In this document: piece by piece, positions 39,163 through 49,198 of the stretch
Layout of the letters: each line of letters begins with the position of its first letter
Position numbering within the stretch: the first letter of the stretch is position 1
NCBI GenBank assembly: GCA_963836755.1
Contig: CAWIKF010000002.1
Span: 1,312,001-1,376,000, forward strand
From: an uncultured Verrucomicrobiae bacterium
Lineage (GTDB): Bacteria; Verrucomicrobiota; Verrucomicrobiia; Chthoniobacterales; Chthoniobacteraceae
Reading direction: 5' to 3'
DNA: 64,000 bases
Program-made: the position numbers and the translations under genes
Notes under the pieces: model-generated
Seen by the model: the letters and a program-made list of their open reading frames with translations, nothing else
Databases searched by the model: none
Told to the model about the DNA's origin: nothing

Positions 39163-39582
39163 ATGAAAGCACGAACGGCATCTCTCGCGGATTGCGCGCA
39201 GCTCGCAGAGATGAACCATCAACTCATTCGCGATGAGGGACACCACAACCCGATGACGCTCGCGGAGCTTGAGCAGCGAATGCACGGCTGGTTGACGAGC
39301 GGAGAATATCGCGCGGTCATCTTCGAGCGCGACTCCCAGTCGCTGGCTTACGCGCTCTATCGCATCGAGGCTGATGACAGCATTTTCCTTCGGCAGTTCT
39401 TTGTTTCGCGCGAGCATCGGAGACAAGGCCTTGGCAGAGCGGCCATTGATCTGCTTCTTCTCGACGTTCTGCCGTTGGGCTCCAGGATCAAAGTCGAGGT
39501 TCTCACGACGAACGAGGCTGCCCGGCGCTTTTGGTCAGCAGTCGGCTTTCGTGATTACTCGCTGACGCTGGAACGTTCATGA
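39163..39582 (+). CDS. GNAT family acetyltransferase
   Basis: FFVSREHRRQGLG motif A; N..A..FW..VGF motif B. Confidence 0.9.
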   Translation: MKARTASLADCAQLAEMNHQLIRDEGHHNPMTLAELEQRMHGWLTSGEYRAVIFERDSQSLAYALYRIEADDSIFLRQFFVSREHRRQGLGRAAIDLLLLDVLPLGSRIKVEVLTTNEAARRFWSAVGFRDYSLTLERS

Positions 39583-39823
39583 CGAGAAAGGTTTCGCCCG
39601 CGGTCCATTCGCGTGGCTTCGAGCGTTTCGGGCTCGAGCGCGATGCTTTGTCCATTGACCGCAAAATTTCGATGAGGAGCATCTTGTTCTTTGCTTCAAC
39701 CATGACGCCTGATACTGCGATGCAGTTGTTTGCTCGGTGCGTCATCCCAGCTCTCGCGAGCGACGACGTCTTGAAACATGAGACCTACTTTCTTGCGGTC
39801 GGGCAAATGAAGCGCGCGATTTC

Positions 39824-40939
39824 ATGACTACGACTTTTTCTTTTCCTACGCCGACAATCTTCGGCGCGGGTGCGCGGGAAGAATTGCATGCGAGGCTCGT
39901 CACGCTCGGCTCCGCGCGGCCGCTGGCGGTGACCGATGCGGGGCTGACGCGGACGAATGCGTTCGCGCTGCTCTCAGCGTCGCTCGATGGATTGAACGCC
40001 GCGGTTTTCTCCGGCGTGAATGCGAATCCCGGAGTGGAGGATGTGGAAGGTGCGTTAGACGCTTTTCGCGAAAACGGCTGCGATGCGGTGGTGGCGTTTG
40101 GCGGCGGCAGCGCGCTCGATGTTGGAAAGGCGGTGCGGCTTCTCATCCGGCGGCCGGAAACCTCGCTGGCAAACTTTGACGCCAATGCGGATTGGAGCGG
40201 CCTCGCGCCGCTGGTCGCGATACCGACGACGGCAGGGACGGGGAGCGAGGTGGGACGCAGCGCGGTGATCGTGATGGAGCAGCGGAAGCGCGTCATTTTT
40301 CATCCCGCGCTGCTCGCGAATCTCGTGGTGCTCGATCCCGAATTCACGCGCGAATTGCCGCCGAAGCTGACGGCCGCGACTGGCGCGGATGCGCTCACGC
40401 ATTGCATTGAGGCGTTCACATCGCCGGTTTTTCATCCGCTGTGCGATGGCATCGCGCTGGAGGGAATTCATCTGATCGCAAAGGCGCTGCCGCGCGCCGT
40501 GCGGGATGGTGGCGATCTCGAGGCGCGTGGCCTGATGCAGATCGCGGCGGCGATGGGCGGCATCGCTTTTCAAAAAGATCTCGGCGCGGTGCATTCGCTC
40601 GCGCATCCGCTCTCCGCCTTGTGCGGGCTGCATCACGGGCTTGCGAATGCGCTCTGCCTGCCGGTCGTGATGGAATTTAACGCGCGGCGAAAACCGGGGA
40701 TTTACCGTCGCATCGGCATTGCGCTCGAATTGCGTGAGCCGACTGATGCGCAGATCATCGCGGCAGTGCGTGGAATTTTTTCGGAGATTGGAATCGCGGC
40801 CGGTCTGCGCGCGCACGGCGTGGATGAGTCGAAGCTCGACGCGCTGTCCGAGCAGGCGTTCTCGGACAGTTGCCACGCGACGAATCCGGTGCCGGTCACG
40901 CGCGAGGATTTGCGCGAACTTTACAAACAGGCGTTGTGA
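39824..40939 (+). CDS. Iron-containing alcohol dehydrogenase
   Basis: GGGSALD, PTTAGTGSE, DALTHCIE, HSLAH, HHGLAN. Confidence 0.95.
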   Translation: MTTTFSFPTPTIFGAGAREELHARLVTLGSARPLAVTDAGLTRTNAFALLSASLDGLNAAVFSGVNANPGVEDVEGALDAFRENGCDAVVAFGGGSALDVGKAVRLLIRRPETSLANFDANADWSGLAPLVAIPTTAGTGSEVGRSAVIVMEQRKRVIFHPALLANLVVLDPEFTRELPPKLTAATGADALTHCIEAFTSPVFHPLCDGIALEGIHLIAKALPRAVRDGGDLEARGLMQIAAAMGGIAFQKDLGAVHSLAHPLSALCGLHHGLANALCLPVVMEFNARRKPGIYRRIGIALELREPTDAQIIAAVRGIFSEIGIAAGLRAHGVDESKLDALSEQAFSDSCHATNPVPVTREDLRELYKQAL

Positions 40940-42361
40940 ATTTTCCACGTGATCCATTCATCGGCGGCAAATCGCGCGCGCCTCGCGAAGAGCGCCGGAT
41001 GGAGCTGGTCGACCCGGCGAACGGGGAACCGTTCGCGGAAGTTTTTGCCGCCGGCGCGGGCGAAATCGACGACGCCGTCAATGGCGCGCAAGCCGCTCTT
41101 CAAAACGGCTGGCGCGATCTTGCGCCCGGAAAGCGCACGGAAATTCTTTTCGCGGTCGCGTCAAAATTACGCGAGCACGCGGAGCAAATTGCGATGCTCG
41201 ATGTGCGAAATGTCGGCAAGCCGATCAGCGACGCGCGCGATGAAGCGGCTCTCGGCGCGCGCGTTTTTGAATACTACGCCGGAGCGATTTCCAAGTTTTT
41301 CGGCGAAACAATTCCAGTCGCGCGCGGCGGTTTCGATTTCACGCTGCGTCAGCCGATGGGCGTCGTCGCGGCGATCGTGCCGTGGAATTTCCCGTTTCCC
41401 ATCGCCTGCTGGAAAGTCGCGCCCGCGCTCGCGGCGGGAAATTGCGTGGTGCTGAAACCGGCGTCGCTTTCGCCGTTGAGCGCGCTGCGCCTCGGCGAGC
41501 TCGCGCATGAGGCGGGACTGCCCGCGGGTGTTTTGCAAGTGCTTCCGGGCAGCGGCGGCGCGATCGGCGACGCGCTGGTGACCCATCCGCTCGTGCGCAA
41601 AATTTCTTTCACCGGCTCGACGGAAATCGGCGCGCGGATCATGGCGCTCGCGGCGCGCGGCATCAAACGCGTCTCGCTCGAGCTCGGCGGCAAATCGCCG
41701 AACATCGTTTTCGCCGATGCCGATGTCGAAAAAGCCGCGCGCACTTCGCCGATGAGTGTGTTCGGAAATGCGGGGCAGGACTGCTGCGCGCGCAGCCGCG
41801 TCTTTGTCGAGCGCGCGGCGTTCGAGCAGTTCGTGGAAACTTTTACCGCGGCGACGCGCGCGCTCAAGGTCGGCGATCCGGCAAAAACCGAGACCGAGAT
41901 CGGGCCGCTCGTTTCGCGAGCGCAGCGCGAGTCGGTGGAAAATTTTCTCGCGACGGCAAAACAGTGCGAAATCATCGGCGGCGATCGCATCGGCGAACGC
42001 GGATTTTTTTTGCAGCCCGCGATCGTGCTCGGCTGCGAGCCGCACGATCAAATTTGGCGCGAGGAAATTTTTGGCCCGGTGGTTTGCATTCGCCCATTCG
42101 ACAATGAAGCGGCGATGCTGCGCGAAGTGAACGACTCGCCCTACGGACTCAGCGGCTCGATCTGGACGAGCGACCTCAAGCGCGCGCTGCGCGCTGGTGC
42201 GGCGGGTCGAGAGCGGCGTGCTGAGCGTGAACTCGCACGCGAGCGTGCACGTCGAGGCGCCGTTCGGCGGATTCAAGCAAAGCGGGCTCGGCCGCGACCT
42301 CGGCATGAACGCACTCGAGGGTTACACTGAGTTAAAGAATGTTTATATTTCCGAGGAATGA
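40936..42361 (+). CDS. Aldehyde dehydrogenase with +1 frameshift near 42193 (probably an error or recent lesion)
   Basis: PWNFP, FTGST, LELGGK, GQDC, EEIFGP; C-terminus (APFGGFKQSGLGR...ELKNVYISEE) in shifted frame, stop overlaps next ATG. Confidence 0.9.
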
Positions 42362-43710
42362 CGGTGAAGCTCGAAGAACTGACGGCTCAAATTAAAAGCG
42401 GCGCGATCGACACGGTCATCGTCGCGTTTCCCGACGTGTTTGGGCGGCTCGCCGGCAAGCGTTTCACGGCCGATTTCTTTTTGAAAAGCGTGGCGGAGCA
42501 TGGGACGCACGGCTGCAATTATCTGCTCACGGTGAACATCGAGATGGAGCCGCTCGACGGATTCAAGCTGGCGAATTGGGATGCCGGTTTCGGCGATTTC
42601 GAATGGCGTCCGGATTTTTCCACGCTGCGTCCGGTGCCGTGGCTGCCGGCTTCCGCGCTGATTTTGTGCGGGCTGCATCATCACGACGGCCGCATCGTGG
42701 AGGAAGCGCCGCGCTCGGTTTTGCAAAAGCAGATCGAGCGGCTCGCGGCAAAAAGTTTGACCTGCAACGTCGCGAGCGAACTCGAATTTTTTCTTTTCAA
42801 CACGAGTTATCACGACGCATTCGTCGCCGATTACAAGGACCTCGCGGCGTCGAGCGATTACCGGATCGACTATCAGACGATGCAGCCGGCGCGCGACGAG
42901 GAAATGTTCCGGCGCGTGCGCAATCAAATGTGCGCGGCCGGCGTCGCGGTGGAATCGAGCAAAGGCGAGTGGGGACGCGGTCAGCACGAGATTAATTTCT
43001 CCTACGGCGAGGCGATGCCGATGGCTGACATGCACGTGGTGTTTAAACAAGGGTTGAAAGAAATTGTCGCGCAGGAAGGGCGCGCCGTTTCATTCATGCC
43101 CAAGGTTTCGATGACGGAGCCGGGGAACAGCTGCCATATCCACGCGAGCATCTGGCGCGATAGCGGGAATCTTTTTTGGGACGCGGAGCGCAAGGTCGGC
43201 TCCAGTTTTTTCCGGCAGTTTCTCGGCGGACTTCTGAAATATTCGCGCGAGCTTTGCTACTTTTTCGCGCCGACGATCAACGCCTACAAACGTTTCCAGG
43301 CCGCGAGCTGGGCGCCGACGAAGATCGCGTGGTCGACCGACAATCGGACGACAGGATTCCGCGTCGTCGGCCACGGAAGCTCATTGCGAATCGAGAATCG
43401 GATGCCCGGCGGCGATGCGAATCCGTATCTTGCTTTTGCCGCAACGATCGCGGCGGGGATGGCCGGCGTGGAGGAAAAGTTGGATTGCGGCGACTCGTAT
43501 GCGGGCAACGCTTACACCGATGCGAAGCTGCTCGCGCTGCCGCGGACTTTGCATGAAGCGGCCGATCTGCTCGCAGCGAGCGAGCTGGCGCGCACGGCGT
43601 TCGGCGACGCGGTCGTGGAGTTTTACCTCCACACGGCGCGACTGGAAATCGACGCCTTCGACAATGCCGTCACCGACTGGGAACGGCAGCGTTATTTTGA
43701 GCGAATTTGA
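42358..43710 (+). CDS. Glutamine synthetase-like gamma-glutamylamide synthetase
   Basis: GRLAGKR, ASELEF, KGEWGRGQHEIN, GNSCHIH, DNRT..FR, RIENRMPGGDANPY. Confidence 0.9.
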   Translation: MTVKLEELTAQIKSGAIDTVIVAFPDVFGRLAGKRFTADFFLKSVAEHGTHGCNYLLTVNIEMEPLDGFKLANWDAGFGDFEWRPDFSTLRPVPWLPASALILCGLHHHDGRIVEEAPRSVLQKQIERLAAKSLTCNVASELEFFLFNTSYHDAFVADYKDLAASSDYRIDYQTMQPARDEEMFRRVRNQMCAAGVAVESSKGEWGRGQHEINFSYGEAMPMADMHVVFKQGLKEIVAQEGRAVSFMPKVSMTEPGNSCHIHASIWRDSGNLFWDAERKVGSSFFRQFLGGLLKYSRELCYFFAPTINAYKRFQAASWAPTKIAWSTDNRTTGFRVVGHGSSLRIENRMPGGDANPYLAFAATIAAGMAGVEEKLDCGDSYAGNAYTDAKLLALPRTLHEAADLLAASELARTAFGDAVVEFYLHTARLEIDAFDNAVTDWERQRYFERI

Positions 43711-43806
43711 GCGGTTGTTGGCGCTCGACATTTTCGCGTTCCAGTGCAGTTTGCATCTCGGCTTTTCGTTGAAACTCATCGTCGGCCGCCGCCTCCGCCT
43801 TCGATC

Positions 43807-44715
43807 ATGAAAAATCTTCCTGCTTCCATTTTCATTTGGTTCGCGATGCTCGCGGGTGCGCGTGCGTGGGATTACACGGGGCACATGCTGGTGACGCAGA
43901 TCGCTTATGAAAATGTGTCGCCGAAGGTGCGCGAGCGCGTGGCCAAGCTGACGGCGATGCTCGAGAACAAATACAACGATCACAAGCCCTACAACTTCAT
44001 CACGGCCGGCGCGTGGATGGATGACATGCGCTCGCAGCCAAACAATCCATGGGGGCCGCTGCATTACGTTGATATTCCTTACACGGCGACGGGCACGCCT
44101 TTCGTCCCGCCGCCAGCGCCGAATCTCCTAACGGCGATTGCCGCAGACACGGCGACGTTGCAAAACAAAGCCGCTAGCGAAGCGCAAATCGCCGATGCGA
44201 CGGGCCAGCTTCTGCACTTTGTCGGCGACGTGCATCAGCCTTTGCATTGCGTGGATTGGAACGACAAAGGCGGCAACGGCTACTTCATCTATGGCGTAAC
44301 TTTTACCGACATCGGCAAAAGGTCGGTGCCAAACCTGCACACGTTTTGGGACAAGGCTTTTCGGTTCGATGCGGACAATGGCCACATCGTCGAGCTGTAT
44401 CACGCGCCGTTTACGAGTGATCGGCCCACTTCCGCAGCGAGCGGTATCGTGCATGACGAGGCGCTGAAGATCATTGCAAAATATCCGAAGTCATCGGTGG
44501 GACTTTTGAAAGAAAACGAACCGGTGGAATGGGCGCGCGAAAGTCATCTCATCGCGTGTCTTTTTTCCTATCCGGTGCGGCCTCATCCGACCGACGCGGA
44601 AGTGGTGACCTTGTCGCCGGACTACGCGCATCAAGCGCACGAAATCGCGTGCGAGCGAATCGCGCTCGCGGGGTATCGTCTCGCGGCGATGCTCGAAAGT
44701 TTTTTCGGCAAATAG
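43807..44715 (+). CDS. Secreted S1/P1 nuclease
   Basis: Signal then W...GH, WMDD, HYVD, HFVGDVHQPLH, NLHTFWD, AGYRLA. Confidence 0.93.
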   Translation: MKNLPASIFIWFAMLAGARAWDYTGHMLVTQIAYENVSPKVRERVAKLTAMLENKYNDHKPYNFITAGAWMDDMRSQPNNPWGPLHYVDIPYTATGTPFVPPPAPNLLTAIAADTATLQNKAASEAQIADATGQLLHFVGDVHQPLHCVDWNDKGGNGYFIYGVTFTDIGKRSVPNLHTFWDKAFRFDADNGHIVELYHAPFTSDRPTSAASGIVHDEALKIIAKYPKSSVGLLKENEPVEWARESHLIACLFSYPVRPHPTDAEVVTLSPDYAHQAHEIACERIALAGYRLAAMLESFFGK

Positions 44716-45009
44716 AGCATTGACGCGGTGTCGCGCGCGCGTCTTTTCGCGAGACGCGCTGACACTTTTGTTTTCGAAGAAGACACACGCGCGCCTCTTC
44801 TTCGCCTGATGCAGCGTTGGCACATTCGATGCTATTTCATCAGTTGCGAGTTATGAAGAAAGCCCATAGATGCCTGCTCCACGCGCGCTGCATCGTCGCA
44901 AAGGCAGCCCAAGGGCGCGACTTCGGCTGGCATTGGCAGCACATCCTGCGCGAGGTCGGTCGCGGACAATACTCCATGCAACGCCACACCGGCAGCGCCT
45001 TTCAAGCAC

Positions 45010-45507
45010 ATGCTCTACCTGAATAACTCCGCCGAGCAGCACGACATGGAATTGCACCGATCCTTGTCGGCGGCGGACGGTTACTTGTTTCTCGGATTGC
45101 CGGAGCTCGCGCTGGAAGAGCTCGACGAAATCCGCGATGCGCATAGCGACGACTCGTCGGTCTTGCGCGCGCGCATCCGCGCTCTTTTGCACATGAAGCG
45201 CTGGCGCGATGCGAATCACCTATCGGAAAAAGGGAACGAGTTTTACCCCGACGAAAATGAATTTGTCGTGCAGCGCGCGTTTGCTTTGCACCAGATGAAA
45301 AAGGGCGGCGAGGCCGTGCAGGTTTTGTTGAGCGCGCCGGAATGGCTGCGCCGCACGGGAATTTTGCATTACAATCTCGCGTGCTACGAAGCACAGCTCG
45401 GCGACGTCAATACCGCGCGGCAGTGCATTCACGCTGCGATCGAGATCAACTCCGCGTTCAAGAAAAACGCGCGCACCGATCCCGACTTGCAGCGGCTCTG
45501 GAACTGA
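45010..45507 (+). CDS. TPR-like protein (start may be 45046)
   Basis: GYLFLGL..LALEEL, HYNLACYEAQLG, ARTDPDL. Confidence 0.8.
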   Translation: MLYLNNSAEQHDMELHRSLSAADGYLFLGLPELALEELDEIRDAHSDDSSVLRARIRALLHMKRWRDANHLSEKGNEFYPDENEFVVQRAFALHQMKKGGEAVQVLLSAPEWLRRTGILHYNLACYEAQLGDVNTARQCIHAAIEINSAFKKNARTDPDLQRLWN

Positions 45508-45510
45508 CGG

Positions 45511-45894
45511 CTACGAAGCCTCGTCAATATTCTTCCGATGCGCGGCGACCATCTCGTCGTGCAGCGCTTCATCCATCCCGTTCTCCACGAGTTCGCTTGC
45601 GACATTTGCCTCATCTTGCGGACCGTAACTTTTCTTCTTGCTGCCCGCCATGCCCGGAACGTCGTCCCATTGCGTAACTTTCGCGGCGGCTGTGTTTGCA
45701 TCGGTCGCGGGCGTTTGGATGCCGAGCAATTCCGCACGGGCCTGTTCCAAATCGGTTTCGTTGTAATCGCTCGCGGCGCGTCCCGCGATCAGCGCCAATT
45801 CCTGAGCGCGTTTTTCGACATCGAGGGGCGATGGCACGCCGGCGCCGCGCGCGTGCTCGTTGATTTTTCCGGGAGCTTTGGATGATTCGTTCAT
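45511..45894 (-). CDS. Hypothetical acidic protein
   Basis: Host-like codon usage from MNESSK; VEKRAQELA...DLEQARAEL. Confidence 0.6.
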   Translation of the reverse strand: MNESSKAPGKINEHARGAGVPSPLDVEKRAQELALIAGRAASDYNETDLEQARAELLGIQTPATDANTAAAKVTQWDDVPGMAGSKKKSYGPQDEANVASELVENGMDEALHDEMVAAHRKNIDEAS

Positions 45895-46015
45895 ACAGAA
45901 AACAAATCGTGGTTCACTTCGCGCGTGTCCGTTTCTTTCGCGCCAGTTTTTGGTTTGCGGCAGTTGACGCTGCGGCGCGCCCCGCGTAATTTTCGGCGCA
46001 GTTTTCTTCAGCCCC

Positions 46016-46441
46016 ATGCAAAAAATCGGATTCGCGGAAGCTCTCGACGCCATTCTCACTCAAGACCCCCGCTACGATCGCGAGGCATACGGTTTCCTGC
46101 GCGACGCGCTTGATTTCACGATCAAGCAGCAGAAAAAAAATAAGGAGGAACCTTCGCGTCACGTGACGCCCGCGCAGTTGCTCGAAGGCGTGCGGCTCTT
46201 CGCGCTCAAGGAATTTGGACCAATGGTGACAACCGTTTTTGATTACTGGGGCGTGCGCAGTTGCAAGGACATTGGCGAGATTGTTTTCAATCTCATCAGC
46301 AGCGGCGTGTTCGGAAAAACCGAGAGCGATTCGATCGAGGAATTCAAAAACGGCTACAGTTTTCGCGAGGCTTTCATTGAACCTTTTCTGCCGGCGCCGG
46401 TCAAAACGCAGACCGATTTGTCCGCGCAGAAAACTCCATGA
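46016..46441 (+). CDS. Verrucomicrobia/Planctomycetes-restricted conserved protein (Minf_1886-like)
   Basis: DPRY..EAY.FL..AL, RHV...LLEG, FGPM...V...WGV...DIGEIVFNL. Confidence 0.8.
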   Translation: MQKIGFAEALDAILTQDPRYDREAYGFLRDALDFTIKQQKKNKEEPSRHVTPAQLLEGVRLFALKEFGPMVTTVFDYWGVRSCKDIGEIVFNLISSGVFGKTESDSIEEFKNGYSFREAFIEPFLPAPVKTQTDLSAQKTP

Positions 46442-49140
46442 AGTCCGCTTTCGCCTCGCTCCTTGTTTTATCTCTCATGCTGAGTCCCACCTTTGCCAAG
46501 ACTGGCAAAAACCTGGCTGAGTCGGCGTCCGGTTTGACGGTCACCATCGTCCCGCCGCCAAAGGAACACGCGCCGCCGCCTGAGATCAAAGTTCCGCCGG
46601 TGACGGCAAAAGTTTGGACGCTGCACGATGGGTTGACGGTGATCGTGCAGGAGGATCATTCCGCGCCCGTCGCCAGCGTGCAGGCATGGTGCGAGACCGG
46701 CAGCATCGATGAAGACAAGCATCTCGGCGCGGGCCTTTCGCACATCTTGGAGCACATGCTTTTCAAAGGAACGGCGACACGGACAACGAGCGAGTTCGCG
46801 CAAAAAATCCAGGATCAAGGCGGATACATCAACGCCTACACGTCGTATGACCGCACGGTTTTCTGGATCGACATTCCATCGAAAGGCGCGTCGGCCGCGG
46901 TCGATTTGCTGTCGGACGCGATGATGAATTCCACCCTGCCGCCGGCGGAATACACGAAGGAGCAGGAGGTCATCCGCCGCGAATTTGCGATGGGCTACGA
47001 CAATCCCGATCGGATGTCGGGGCTGAAGCTTTTCGAAACTGCGTATCGCGAGCATCCGTATCGCATCCCGGTCATCGGCCACATCGAAATTTACAACCAG
47101 CTCACGCGCGACGACGTGATGACTTATTACAAGGCGCGCTACGTGCCGAACAACATGTTCTTTGTCATCGTCGGCGACGTGGATGCGGAAAAAATCCACG
47201 AACAGCTCGAGACATTTTTCGCGAACTATCCGCGTAAAAGTTTGCCGCCGGTTTACATCCCGCAGGAGCCGCCGCAGATCGGGATGCGCGAATCAAACAC
47301 GGAATTCCCGACCGAGCTCACGCGCCTGAATCTCGCGTGGCACACGCCATCGATCACCGATCCCGACGTGCCCGCGCTCGATTTGCTGAGCACGATTCTC
47401 GGCGCCGGACGCAGCTCGCGTTTGAATCAAAAATTGCGCGAGCAACTCGGGCTCGTGCATTCGATTTCCGCCTATTCCTACACGCCCGGCGATCCCGGAT
47501 TGTTTGGCATCGAAGCGATTCTCGATCCCGACAAACGCGAAGCCGCGGTGAAGGCAGCGCTCGCGACGATCGACGAAGTGAAAGCGCAAGGCGTCTCCGG
47601 TGCCGAGCTCGAAAAGGCAAAACGCCAGACGCTCGACAGTCATCTCAACACGCTCACGACGATGCGCGGCAAAGCCTCGGATCTCGGCTCGAACTGGCTG
47701 CTCACCCGCAACCTGAATTTTTCCAACGAGTATCTCACCGCGATCCAGAAGGTCACGGTCGAGGACATTAAGCGCGTGCTCCACACCTACTTTGACGACA
47801 AAGATCTCAGCATCGTTTCGTTGAATCCCGAGGGCTCGCTCAAAACGACGAGCGAAAAAACGGCCGCGATTTCCGCGGGCGAAATCCAAAAATTCACGCT
47901 GCCGAATGGTCTGCGCCTGCTCGTCCGCGAAGATCCGCGATTGCCGCTCGTCTCGATGGTTGCTTGCTTCAAGGCCGGTTTGCTCGCTGAAACCAAAGCA
48001 GATAATGGCATCACGAAGCTGCTCTCGCGCGTGATTTTGAAAGGAACAAAAACGCGTTCGGCCGAGCAAATCGCGAACACGATCGAGAGCGTCGGCGGCG
48101 ACATCAGCAGCGACGCGGGCAACAATTCTTTCAGCGTCGCCGTCAAAGTCATGCAGCCGGACACGAAGCTCGGGCTCGAGATTTTGTCGGACGTCTTGCT
48201 GCACCCGACTTTTCCGCAGAACGAAATTGATCGCGAAAAAGAAGCGCAGCTCGCCGCGATCAAAGCCGAAGGCGAGGAAGTGACGACGGTCGCGCGCAAT
48301 CTTCTGCGCGAAAATCTTTTTCCCGATCATCCTTACGGTTTGCGCGGCTCTGGGACGCCGGAAAGCGTGAGCCAGCTCGACCAGAAAAAGCTCGTCGATT
48401 TTTACGAAAAATACGCGGTGGCGCAGAACGGCGTGCTCGCCATTTTCGGCGACGTGAAAGCTGCGGATGTGAAGGCGATGGTGGAAAAAAGTTTCGCTGA
48501 AATGCCCGCGGGAAAACCGGGTTTAACGGAAGCGCGGCCGGCGGAGCCGCTCACGCAGTCGAAGACCGTCGAGGCGCATGAACAGAAGGCTCAGGCGATT
48601 TTGATGGTCGGCTTTCGCGGCGTGGACATCTACAGCGAAGACCGCGAGGAGTTGAGCCTGATCGATGAAGCGTGCAGCGATCTCGGCTCGCGATTTTTCG
48701 TGCGCATCCGCGAAAAAATGGGGCTCGCGTATTTCGTCGGCACAAGCCAGGTGCCCGGTCTCGTGCCCGGCCCGTTCGTCTTCTATCTCGGCACTTCTCC
48801 CGCAAAAGTCGACAGCGTCGAGCCGGAGCTGCTCGATGAAATCAACAAGCTCGCGCACGACGGTTTGACCGCCGATGAATTGGCGCGCGCAAAGGAAAAA
48901 GTGATCGGACAGCAGGACATCCGCAATCAAAGCAACGACGCGTTTGCCTACAGCGCGGCACTTGATGAACTCTACGGGCTCGGCTTTGATTACTACAAAA
49001 TGCTGAAGCAGAAAGTAGCCGCGGTGACGCTTGACGATGTCAAACGTGTGGCAAACAAATACTTTCTCGACAAACCCGATGTGATCGCGATCGTCCGGCC
49101 CGCGCCGAAGCCGGTCGCGAGTCCGGCACCGGCAAAGTGA
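46438..49140 (+). CDS. M16 (pitrilysin) zinc peptidase, fused two-half type, secreted
   Basis: Inverted zinc motif HILEH, NAYTS, second inactive half, RIREKMGLAY. Confidence 0.93.
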   Translation: MKSAFASLLVLSLMLSPTFAKTGKNLAESASGLTVTIVPPPKEHAPPPEIKVPPVTAKVWTLHDGLTVIVQEDHSAPVASVQAWCETGSIDEDKHLGAGLSHILEHMLFKGTATRTTSEFAQKIQDQGGYINAYTSYDRTVFWIDIPSKGASAAVDLLSDAMMNSTLPPAEYTKEQEVIRREFAMGYDNPDRMSGLKLFETAYREHPYRIPVIGHIEIYNQLTRDDVMTYYKARYVPNNMFFVIVGDVDAEKIHEQLETFFANYPRKSLPPVYIPQEPPQIGMRESNTEFPTELTRLNLAWHTPSITDPDVPALDLLSTILGAGRSSRLNQKLREQLGLVHSISAYSYTPGDPGLFGIEAILDPDKREAAVKAALATIDEVKAQGVSGAELEKAKRQTLDSHLNTLTTMRGKASDLGSNWLLTRNLNFSNEYLTAIQKVTVEDIKRVLHTYFDDKDLSIVSLNPEGSLKTTSEKTAAISAGEIQKFTLPNGLRLLVREDPRLPLVSMVACFKAGLLAETKADNGITKLLSRVILKGTKTRSAEQIANTIESVGGDISSDAGNNSFSVAVKVMQPDTKLGLEILSDVLLHPTFPQNEIDREKEAQLAAIKAEGEEVTTVARNLLRENLFPDHPYGLRGSGTPESVSQLDQKKLVDFYEKYAVAQNGVLAIFGDVKAADVKAMVEKSFAEMPAGKPGLTEARPAEPLTQSKTVEAHEQKAQAILMVGFRGVDIYSEDREELSLIDEACSDLGSRFFVRIREKMGLAYFVGTSQVPGLVPGPFVFYLGTSPAKVDSVEPELLDEINKLAHDGLTADELARAKEKVIGQQDIRNQSNDAFAYSAALDELYGLGFDYYKMLKQKVAAVTLDDVKRVANKYFLDKPDVIAIVRPAPKPVASPAPAK

Positions 49141-49198
49141 GCCTGGCATTTTCGTAAGGCGACTTGCGCGGCGTGCGACGCAGACACTAGGTTCCGGC

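Larger units (their letters stand above)
28989..39582 (+). mobile_element. Integron gene-cassette array lacking an integrase in this window (CALIN-like)
   Basis: Co-oriented short unrelated ORFs separated by RYYTAAC...GTTRRRY hairpins; composition visibly unlike flanking genes. Confidence 0.93.

Noticed and set aside
39660..39740. Further attC remnant (ATCTTGTTCT, TGCGATGCAG)
   Set aside because: The matches are short and in the wrong order, with no R boxes.
25735..42200. Programmed frameshifting in the addA-like and ALDH genes
   Set aside because: No slippery heptamer at either site. Single extra bases in otherwise intact genes are better explained by sequencing error or recent mutation.
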